NCBI GenBank assembly: GCA_963663765.2
Contig: CAXXUA010000014.1
Span: 1-34,304 of the forward strand
Direction of reading: 5' to 3'
Length of the DNA: 34,304 nt
Source of the DNA: Candidatus Poribacteria bacterium
GTDB lineage: Bacteria; Poribacteria; WGA-4E; WGA-3G
The stretch's first letter is position 1, and each line of letters begins with the position of its first letter. Under the pieces are notes generated by a model that saw only the letters and a list, made by a program, of their open reading frames with translations, was not told where the DNA came from and did not search any database. Below, piece by piece: positions 1 to 7,325 of the stretch. The position numbers were made by a program, and so were the translations under genes.

Positions 1-464
1 ATCTTTTTCAATAGGATTAAGTTCAGGTGAATAAGGTGGCAAAAATAGTAAACTCGCATCACACGCAGCGATGAGTTCTTTTGTCTTTTTCCCTTTATGT
101 TATAGAAATACGCATTATCCAATACGACGACATGGGACGCATCAAGTATCGGACATAACATGTTTTCAAGCCAAGCATTGAAGGCAAGTCCATCACAAGC
201 ACCCTCAAAAAGCATCGGCACTGTAAAACAACCATTGACTCGTGCAGCAATCAGTGAGGTGTGTCTATACTGATTGCTTGAGATTGTCCCTTCTATGCTA
301 ACCCCCTTGGGAGCATAAGCATATTGCCGGACACTTTCTATAGTAAAACCGCTTTCGTCAATAAAGACAGGTGTTTGTCCGTTCTGAAGTGCTGTCTGAA
401 GTTCAGTCTTATATACCTCCTGTTTTATATGACATTGTTCCTTGTAGGTGAACGTCTTTTTTTT
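1..464 (-). pseudogene. IS630 transposase DDE part (orfB), reached by -1 frameshift and broken by a 5-nt insertion
   Basis: The -1 frame reads KKTFTYKEQ...VFIDESGF...VVLDNAYF. Five extra nt (TATAA on the minus strand, 100-104) precede HKGKKTKELIAACDASLLFLPPYSPELNPIEKD in another frame. Confidence 0.82.
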
Positions 465-763
465 CGGGTACAACCGAGTTTCTTTAGACCATACCAAACA
501 CATTGCTGCGACACGCCAAAATGTGCAGCTCGTTCTTTCTGGGTGCTGTCTGGGAACTTTTTGACATGTTCAGCGAGTGCTTCTGGGTCAAGACGATGGG
601 GTTTTCGGGGTCCCGGTTTTTTATACGAGAGAGGATCTTTTGCGTCAAGCCATGTATAGATACAAGGGCGCGATATATTAAACCTTCGTGCAGCTTCAGC
701 TATACTGCCACCATCTGCTATAAAATCAAGAGCAAGTTTTCGTAAATCTGTTGAATATCTCAT
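425..763 (-). CDS. IS630 transposase, N-terminal HTH part (orfA)
   Basis: The MRYSTDLRKLAL...SIAEAARRFNIS HTH start is typical of IS630. The ORF ends just after an A8G run (plus-strand C-T8 at 456-464). Confidence 0.9.
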   Translation of the reverse strand: MRYSTDLRKLALDFIADGGSIAEAARRFNISRPCIYTWLDAKDPLSYKKPGPRKPHRLDPEALAEHVKKFPDSTQKERAAHFGVSQQCVWYGLKKLGCTRKKRRSPTRNNVI

Positions 764-863
764 AATAACATTATTCTAACAAAATTCAAAAAAATGTAAA
801 TATAATTATAGATTTCACTATAATATAGAGATAAAATCTGATATTCAAATGGATAAAACATAA

Positions 864-1462
864 ATGAAAAAATACATAGTTCTGGTCGTGCTAATATTCA
901 CCTTTCTTGTCGTCGGCAATACAATCGCTCAAAACAATCTTACTGATATAGAAACAAAAGCAAAAACAGACGCACTTTGGGACTTAGACACTCAAAAGTG
1001 GTTCCAAATGGGCATATGATTTTCCTGTGTCAGTATCTCATCTGGCTGCGTTGTTTCGATGTTAACCGCGACTGATTCTAGCAGTTCGGGAGGGTTGGAC
1101 TTTGGAATTCCTGAACCAAACCTGATCGGATTCGCTGTAACTGTTCTGGGGGTTGCTGCTTTATCAAATTTAGGCGTGGCTGGTGCTGTTGCCTCTATCC
1201 CGCCTGAACGGTTATTGGGAGTGCCTGCATCAGATATAGTAACATACTCAAAAACATATATAGATACAGTCAGAGATCAACGGGTAAAATACTCGTTATA
1301 CCCAATTCACGTGAACTGTATTGCTAATTGTGCGGTTAGGAAACCGCACCTACCTTCGTAAAAAAGATAAATTCCGTTAATTTGGTATTATATGGCACTG
1401 GTGCTACGATCTTGGGTTTTGGTGTTATTTCAATGATAATCACACTTTCTAGTTATCAATAG
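864..1462 (+). pseudogene. Small exported/membrane protein, disrupted by an in-frame TGA (1017-1019) and a MITE insertion (1299-1390)
   Basis: ATG 864 gives a signal peptide MKKYIVLVVLIFTFLVVGNTIA, in frame with ORF 1059-1361. Removing 1299-1390 restores the hydrophobic tail YSLYGTGATILGFGVISMIITLSSYQ* ending at 1462. Confidence 0.72.
1299..1387. mobile_element. 89-bp MITE-like element with TTA direct repeats, carrying a GTAG-type REP hairpin
   Basis: The ends TACCCAATT and AATTTGGTA are inverted repeats (8/9), with TTA on both sides (1296-1298, 1388-1390). Inside is GTGCGGTTAGGAAACCGCACCTAC. Excision restores the host reading frame. Confidence 0.78.
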
Positions 1463-1488
1463 AAAATTAGTGTCGTCAATCAATATAT

Positions 1489-1530
1489 GCCGTGTCGTCA
1501 AACTTGTTTGACTCACGGCTCTTTTGTTTT
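1489..1530 (+). terminator. Possible intrinsic terminator after the pseudogene
   Basis: The hairpin GCCGTG-tc-GTCAAAC/GTTTGAC-t-CACGGC is followed by TCTTTTGTTTT. Confidence 0.45.
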
Positions 1531-1665
1531 AATCGGTTGAGTGTGGTATTCATTCCTATGACACCGCGCGGCATACCTCAGACACGCGTGAATATCTGAT
1601 TTGGTTATATGTTGGTAGTCCTCAAGAATATCTTCTTCACTCACATTGGACGCGAGTAAATTTAG

Positions 1666-1794
1666 CAGGACTTACGCAGTTTTCTTAATTTGATCAAGAA
1701 TTATGTTGAAATGATATAATTAATCAGTATTTTTATAGGGTTCCAGCACCAAATCAAGAAATCAACGGTATGAATGCCATTAAGGCATTCCCCG
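1666..1794. mobile_element. Truncated copy of the CAGGACTTACGCA-ended MITE family
   Basis: It starts with CAGGACTTACGCAGTTTTC and shares CACCAAATCAAGAAATCAACGGTATGAATGCCAT...GGCATTCCCCG with 23500-23661. The right terminal repeat is missing. Confidence 0.75.
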
Positions 1795-1917
1795 TATGGC
1801 ATTTGTTGGGACTGAAGATCGTTTCAAACCATGAAGGAGGCCTGCAAAACGTCATGCTTATGTGAAACAATGATTAACATATAGTTATTTAGCACAACTC
1901 GTTTGCATCATAAAGAT

Positions 1918-1941
1918 GCACAAACTAAAAGTTTGTGCTAC
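1918..1941 (-). repeat. GTAG-type REP hairpin
   Basis: The reverse complement is GTAGCACAAACTTTTAGTTTGTGC, a GTAG start plus a perfect stem. Confidence 0.6.
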
Positions 1942-2048
1942 AAATACTACCGAAAAGTGTTTTATACTCTATAAAAAAGGTGTTTATTCGTCTAAACCTT
2001 ATAGGTAGCAACTTGAGTTATTATAGCACATCGAGCAGTATAATCGCG

Positions 2049-2088
2049 ACTGACCACTCCCAAGTCTTTACACTTGAGAATGGTCAGT
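2049..2088 (-). terminator. Stem-loop 3' of the antiporter gene
   Basis: The 17-bp arms ACTGACCACTCCCAAGT and ACTTGAGAATGGTCAGT have 2 mismatches that become G-U pairs on the minus-strand RNA. There is no strong U tract. Confidence 0.5.
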
Positions 2089-2107
2089 TGTATTCCGAGA
2101 TTAGTTT

Positions 2108-3538
2108 CTAATGCATGTCTACTGAGAATATATAGCTGAGAATTGTTACCAAAATATAAGTTGCAACCAAGACGACCCCAAATGGACGTTTCAATTGGCT
2201 TCCCGATACAAAAATCCCAATTCGGAATACGATCAAAATAAACACCATTGCTGGAAACAGGAACTGGAAGAATTTTCCAGAGGCTTGTAAACCGGATGGG
2301 GTGGCAGCAGCTGAAACGCCAGCAACAAATAGAACATTCAAGATATCCGCACCGATGATGTTGCCAACTGCTAACTCACCATGCCCGCGTCTGACTGCTG
2401 TGATTGCTGTTACAAGTTCTGGTAATGATGTGCCAAACGCGACAAGCGTCGCAGCAACAATTTCTTCCGGTACATTAAATTTAATTGCAAGTGTCTTCAC
2501 TGTTGGGATAAGGATTTGTGCAGAAACAACTACAATTGCTATTGACCCAATAAGTTTAAGTAGGGTGAGAAGCGTGTTTGATCCTTTGTGTTCTGTTTGT
2601 TCATCGTTTTCAGATGTTGGTGTGATTGCACCTGCCCATCGGATAGACTGCCACACATATAATCCTAACAGAACAATAAAAACAATGCCTATGTATTGAT
2701 GGAGAGTGCCGCCTTGACTAAATACTTTTGCTGGAGATGACCAAGGAAAACAGGCTAATACCATGAGTATACCAGCACTTACCTGAACATTAGACAGCCG
2801 CGATGCTAACTCTCTATTGAAGGATAGGGGAGCAATGAGTGAAGCCAACCCTAAAATGAGTCCTGTATCACATATAATTGAACCGACTGCGTTTCCGAGT
2901 GCGAGTCCCGGTTCGCCTTGTATAGCCGACAACACTGAGACAGCCGCTTCGGGAGTTGTTGTGCCAATACTTACAATTGTTGCTCCGATAACTGCTTTTC
3001 CTAATCCCCATTGCGTTGAAAGTTGCACTGCTTCATCAACGAGCCAGTCTGCCCCTTGGCTGAGCGCAAAAAGTGATACTATGACTATTAACAAAAGCAG
3101 TAGTAGGTGAAGATTTCTTATCTTAAACTCCAACCAATCTGCTTTAATAAGTCTTGCCAGTTCTGTGATCACATCTTTGTCTTGAATTAGGTTATGGAAG
3201 TCTGTGTCATTGAATATTGCTTGTAATCCGCTATCTTCTTTTAAAAGTGCTATGAATTCTTCATCTATTTCTTCTACTAACTTCTGTAATTCTTCAGGAT
3301 TCGCAAATAATTGAGGTAAATCCTTCTGGATCAACTTTGCATGAATTTCCGGTTTCTTGAATTCCTTTAGAGCATTTGGTAGAAGGTTTTTTACATTATT
3401 CTGTTTTAACGTATCCTTATGCTTTTCTAATATTTTTTCAATAATTGAGGTATCTTCACCGTATACTGAGTGAATGACTAAACTTTGGAATATACAAGAT
3501 AAAATAATTATACAACCAAAAAGTATTCGTTTTACCAT
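2108..3538 (-). CDS. Ca2+/Na+ antiporter (CaCA, YrbG-like) with an N-terminal signal peptide and soluble extension
   Basis: It has two alpha-repeats (SIGTTTPEAAVS...GNAVGS and AFGTSLPELVT...GNIIGADILN) and about 10 TM segments. ATG 3538 follows GGAG; the ORF track starts at GTG 3550. Confidence 0.92.
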   Translation of the reverse strand: MVKRILFGCIIILSCIFQSLVIHSVYGEDTSIIEKILEKHKDTLKQNNVKNLLPNALKEFKKPEIHAKLIQKDLPQLFANPEELQKLVEEIDEEFIALLKEDSGLQAIFNDTDFHNLIQDKDVITELARLIKADWLEFKIRNLHLLLLLLIVIVSLFALSQGADWLVDEAVQLSTQWGLGKAVIGATIVSIGTTTPEAAVSVLSAIQGEPGLALGNAVGSIICDTGLILGLASLIAPLSFNRELASRLSNVQVSAGILMVLACFPWSSPAKVFSQGGTLHQYIGIVFIVLLGLYVWQSIRWAGAITPTSENDEQTEHKGSNTLLTLLKLIGSIAIVVVSAQILIPTVKTLAIKFNVPEEIVAATLVAFGTSLPELVTAITAVRRGHGELAVGNIIGADILNVLFVAGVSAAATPSGLQASGKFFQFLFPAMVFILIVFRIGIFVSGSQLKRPFGVVLVATYILVTILSYIFSVDMH

Positions 3539-3572
3539 TAACTTCTCCACAATACCGATTTTTTATTGTCTA

Positions 3573-3601
3573 AGATTACAACATTAACTCAGTTATGTCA
3601 A
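3573..3601 (-). promoter_or_regulatory. Sigma70-type promoter of the antiporter
   Basis: The minus strand reads TTGACA-17 nt-TAATCT, about 35 nt upstream of the ATG. Confidence 0.6.
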
Positions 3602-3619
3602 TTAAAAAGGGTGGGTCCC

Positions 3620-3738
3620 AGGTTTATTCAGTTTTATGCATTTTTGCTGTTTCCTGAGAAAATCGCGACCGGGAGGTCGCTCCTACCGCGGGGTTTCTTT
3701 TTTGAAAAATCCAAAAATTAGGTAAACTGAATAACCCT
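3620..3738. mobile_element. MITE-like element with 15-bp terminal inverted repeats and an internal REP half
   Basis: AGGTTTATTCAGTTT and AAACTGAATAACCCT match as inverted repeats (14/15). Inside is AATCGCGACCGGGAGGTCGCTCCTAC (3661-3686). Confidence 0.68.
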
Positions 3739-3887
3739 TATTGCTGTGGGTGTGTAAAGATTTTGCACAGAGGTACAAACTTTTGTTCTCTTTAGTCCCG
3801 TAGGGACTGAAGCGTATGGTTGATATTAACAATATTTCCTTATATTGACACCTAATGAAGTTTGACAATCAATCGGTAGTTGAATAC

Positions 3888-3910
3888 GTAGGGGTTGGGT
3901 TCCCCAACCC
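3888..3910 (+). repeat. GTAG-type REP, left member of a doublet whose right member is duplicated at 3938-3954 and 5435-5456
   Basis: GTAGGGGTTGGGTTCCCCAACCC, paired with GGCGTGGCAACCACGCCCCTAC. Confidence 0.65.
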
Positions 3911-3954
3911 GTTTGGTTTTAAAGTTTGCGTAGATCGTGCGTGGCAACCACGCC

Positions 3955-4098
3955 CCATAGGCGTCACTTTAAGAAAAAAGTGTTGGTGTTTCTCTTGTGG
4001 GAGGGGTTTTCAACCCCGATTTGAGAGTAAAAGCGCGTAAAATCGGGGTTGAAAACCCCTCCCAGAAGAGGTCAAAATCCTTAAATTGACGCTTATGG
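3955..4098. mobile_element. 144-bp MITE (CCATAGGCGTCA...TGACGCTTATGG) with an internal long inverted repeat
   Basis: It has the same length as 22886-23029 and closely similar sequence. The internal arms are TTGTGGGAGGGGTTTTCAACCCCGATTT and AAATCGGGGTTGAAAACCCCTCCCAGAA. Confidence 0.88.
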
Positions 4099-5126
4099 GG
4101 TGCGCTTACAAAGCACGTCTATCATCGGGGGCGCGCTTACAAAGCACGCCTGCAGGTGGGGGGCGAGGATGGCGCGCTTGAAAAGCACGCCTGCAGTGGG
4201 GGTATGCCTGCAGGTAAGGGCGGGGATGGCGCGCTTGAAAAGCACGCCTGCAGTGGGGGTATGCCTGCAGGTGAGGGCAGGAATGGCGCGCTTACAAAGC
4301 ACGCCTGCAGGTGGGCGGCGAGGATGGCGCGCTTACAAAGCACGCCTGCAGGTGGACGGCGAGGATGGAGCGCTTACAAAGCACGCCTGCAGGTGGACGG
4401 CGAGGATGGCGCGCTTACAAAGCACGCCTGCAGTGGGGGTATGCCTGCAGGTAAGGGCGGGGAGGGCGCGCTTGAAAAGCACGCCTGCAGTGGGGGGAGC
4501 AGTTGGGGGCGCGCTTGAAAAGCACGCCTGCAGTGGGGGTATGCCTGCAGGTGAGGGCGGGGAGGGCGCGCTTGAAAAGCACGCCTGCAGTGGGGGTATG
4601 CCTGCAGGTGAGGGCAGGAATGGCGCGCTTACAAAGCACGCCTGCAGTGGGGGTATGCCTGCAGGTGAGGGCGGGGAGGGCGCGCTTACAAAGCACGCCT
4701 GCAGTTTGGGAGCAGTTGGGGGCGCGCTTGAAAAGCACGCCTGCAGTGGGGGTATGCCGGCAGGTGAGGGCGGGGAGGGCGCGCTTGAAAAGCACGCCTG
4801 CAGTGGGGGTATGCCTGCAGGTAAGGGCGGGGAGGGCGCGCTTGAAAAGCACGCCTGCAGTGGGGGTATGCCTGCAGGTAAGGGCGGGGAGGGCGCGCTT
4901 GAAAAGCACGCCTGCAGTGGGGGTATGCCTGCAGGTGAGGGCAGGAATGGCGCGCTTACAAAGCACGCCTGCAGTGGGGGTATGCCTGCAGGTAAGGGCG
5001 GGGATGGCGCGCTTGAAAAGCACGCCTGCAGTGGGGGTATGCCTGCAGGTGAGGGCAGGAATGGCGCGCTTACAAAGCACGCCTGCAGGGAGGATAAGAG
5101 GATGGCGCGCTTACAAAGCACGCCTA
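4099..5126. repeat. GC-rich tandem array of 21 REP-like cores GGCGCGCTT(AC/GA)AAAGCACGCCT
   Basis: I counted 21 cores. Most units are 57 bp, some 41-43 bp, and the first is about 31 bp. The linkers are re-used variants, not unique spacers. Confidence 0.92.
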
Positions 5127-5183
5127 TCTCTTGTGGGAGGGGTTTTCAACCCCGATTTGAGAGTAAAAGCGCATAAATTCGGG

Positions 5184-5345
5184 GTTGAAAACCCCTCCCA
5201 CAAGAGGTGAAAATCCATAAGTTGAAAACCCCTCACACAAGAGGTGAAAATCCATAAATTGAAAACCCCTCACACAAGAGGTCAAAATCCTTAAGTTGAA
5301 AACCCCTCCCACAAGAGGTCAAAATCCTTAAGTTGAAAACCCCGA
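5184..5345. repeat. 37-bp tandem repeat (4 full copies plus a partial), derived from the 144-bp MITE interior
   Basis: The unit GTTGAAAACCCCTC(C/A)CACAAGAGGT(G/C)AAAATCC(A/T)TAA starts at 5184, 5221, 5258, 5295 and 5332. Confidence 0.88.
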
Positions 5346-5434
5346 TTTTATGTTCATTTCCACTCAAATCGGGGTTAAAAACCCCTCCCACAAGAGAATA
5401 TGCCAACACTTTTTTCTTAAGTTGACACCTATGG
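5332..5434 (-). mobile_element. Inverted partial copy of the 144-bp MITE family
   Basis: The reverse complement begins CCATAGGTGTCAACTTAAGAAAAAAGTGTTGG, matching the left end at 3955. Confidence 0.8.
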
Positions 5435-5496
5435 GGCGTGGCAACCACGCCCCTACGAATACACAAAATACACAACTTGAACGTCAAAACTCATTT

Positions 5497-5559
5497 GGTC
5501 TCTGTGCCCCGCAATCTCTCATTTAATCAGTTGCGGCGGGGCACAGAGACCTTCCCTAC
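5497..5559. repeat. REP doublet with a truncated left arm
   Basis: GGTCTCTGTGCCCCGC (5497-5512) and GCGGGGCACAGAGACC (5536-5551) form a perfect 16-bp inverted repeat, followed by TTCCCTAC. Confidence 0.72.
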
Positions 5560-5616
5560 AATGGAGAGTGGGATGTTTGTGCAAAATTTTTACACAAACA
5601 TTACTGTTACAATTTC

Positions 5617-5646
5617 TTGAATATTGGGGTGGAATTGTGATATAAT
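5617..5646 (+). promoter_or_regulatory. Sigma70 promoter with extended -10
   Basis: TTGAAT-18 nt-TATAAT with a TGn extension (TGATATAAT), 83 nt before ATG 5730. Confidence 0.6.
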
Positions 5647-5729
5647 TAGCCAATGAACATTCATATTGAAGCGTTTTTGTAGTTTGCATTAGAAGTGTGC
5701 CGTAAAGATAGGGAGGGTTTTCAATAAAC

Positions 5730-7313
5730 ATGGTTATATTTAGGTGGAAGTATTTGTTTATTTTTGTATTGTCAATTTTGGTGAGTCCGTTTGTATTTGC
5801 AGACAATCATGGTAAAGAGGAACCTGTCAGTTTTCATAAAGACCTTGTTCCTATCCTCAAACGGAGTTGTCAAGGTTGCCATCATCCTGGTGATCCGAAT
5901 GGTGACTTTATAGTTACATCGTTTGATGAGTTTAAGCGAGGTGGCAAGGCAGGAGAAGCGATTATCTCTGAAAAGCCTGATGAGAGTCTCCTCATAGAGC
6001 TTATCTCTGGTGATCCACCGGCGATGCCCCAGAACCAAGACCCGCTTACAGATGATGAAATTGACCTATTCAGACGTTGGATTCTTGAAGGTGCGAAAGA
6101 TGATACACCTGAAACAGAGGAAATGACAGGCGAAAACTACCCTGTTTATACAGTGCCTCCCGTAATTTCTGCGATATCCTATTCCTCTGATGGTAGCATG
6201 CTGGCTGTGTCGGGTGTTAGTGAAGTATTGTTATATGACACGCAGACTTTTGAATTGAAAGCAAGATTGGTAGGAAAAGCACGTCGAATCACATCAATAG
6301 TTTTTACCAAAGATGGAAAAATGCTTGGTGTTGCTGGCGGTAATCCTGCTCAATTTGGTGAAGTGCAGCTCTGGAATACCGCTACGAATGAACTTATCAA
6401 AGCGATACGTTCCACTTATGATACGATCTACGGACTTTCATTCTCTCCGGACAACAGCCGTGTGGCATTTGGGAGTTCGGATAAAACGGTGCGTGTCTTA
6501 TCTATTTCTGATGAGAAGGAACTTGTAAAGTTTGACAATCATGGTGATTGGGTTTTCGGAACAGTATTTTCTACTGATGGATCACATTTTGTGAGTGGTA
6601 GTCGTGATACAGCCCTGAAATTAGTTGAAGTAGATACCGGTTCCTTTGTAGACGATGTCAACTCAAGTAATAAAAATTATGGTGAAATCAATGCAATTGC
6701 TCGACATCCGAATGCGGATCAGGTTTTGAGTGTCGGAGAAGATCGGATACCACGTTTATACAGGATGTTCCGACAGCGGCGTAGGGATGTGGGTAACACA
6801 GATTTCAACCTGATTAGAGCTTATGAAGCACAGTCTGGATCTATTGATGCGGTAGTTTTTTCTGCTGACGGTAGTAAAATTGCAGTAGGTAGTTCTAATG
6901 GTGAAGTGCGTGTCTACAATGTATCCGATGGCAAGAGACTATTAGCGATGCAAGGGGATACCGAAAGTGTATTTGCAGTTGCATTCCATCCTAACGGCAA
7001 GCAACTTGCTGCGGGTGGTTTTGATGGGAAAGTTCGTGTTTTTGACACGAACTCAGGTGAAGAACTGAAAGTCTTTATTTCTGTTCCGATTAAGACGATC
7101 GCAAGTGAGGAAGTCACTTTGGTAGTAACAGGTATGACGTGAGGGGCTTGTGTAGCTAAAGTGCAGGATGCACTTACGAAACATCAAGACGTTATCAGCG
7201 CTGAAGTTTCTTTACCGGATCAAGCAATTGTTAAGGTGCGTAAAAACAGTGTAAAGACAGATGAACTTGCAAATGTTATCAAAGCGGCAGGCTTTACTGC
7301 AACCGTTAAATAG
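5730..7313 (+). CDS. Exported planctomycete-type cytochrome c + WD40 propeller + HMA-domain protein; probable selenoprotein (527 aa, Sec at TGA 7140-7142)
   Basis: It has a signal peptide, VSFHKDLVPILKRSCQGCH...MP...WILEGA and WD40 repeats. The sequence then runs VTLVVTGMT-TGA-GACVAKVQDAL...IKAAGFTATVK*, in frame to TAG 7313. Confidence 0.88.
7151..7178 (+). promoter_or_regulatory. Putative bacterial SECIS element
   Basis: The stem-loop AAGTGCA-GGA-TGCACTT lies at 7159-7175. Its G-starting loop is 23 nt after the UGA, and the stem can be extended by GTA/TAC. Confidence 0.75.
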
Positions 7314-7325
7314 TAATAACGAAAG

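Larger units (their letters stand above)
1..822 (-). mobile_element. IS630-family insertion sequence (left end and most of the transposase; runs off the window start)
   Basis: The minus-strand left end is TA|TAGTGAAATCTATAATTATATTTACA (822-795). It is followed by an HTH orfA and a DDE orfB with IS630 motifs FIDESGF, LDNA.FHK and LPPYSPELNPIE. Confidence 0.9.

Noticed and set aside
324-745. Plus-strand ORFs 324-659 and 503-745, and the many short antisense or out-of-frame ORFs inside long genes
   Set aside because: They are shadows of well-supported genes and have no motifs or RBS.
1017-1019. Second selenocysteine codon (U-F-S-C)
   Set aside because: The downstream hairpin is weak with no G in its loop, no redox fold is recognisable, and the gene is independently broken by a MITE. 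Decay is more likely, though Sec is not excluded.
1880-1973. Terminal-inverted-repeat shell around the REP at 1918-1941
   Set aside because: Only TATAG and scattered bases match between the ends, which is too weak to call.
4099-5126. CRISPR array
   Set aside because: The linkers are re-used near-identical variants rather than unique spacers, the core is a REP also found inside MITEs, and no cas genes are in the window.
4093-5210. Long ORFs (up to 358 aa) in several frames on both strands
   Set aside because: They are an artefact of a GC-rich 57-bp (19-codon) repeat. There is no RBS, and the composition is unlike real genes here.
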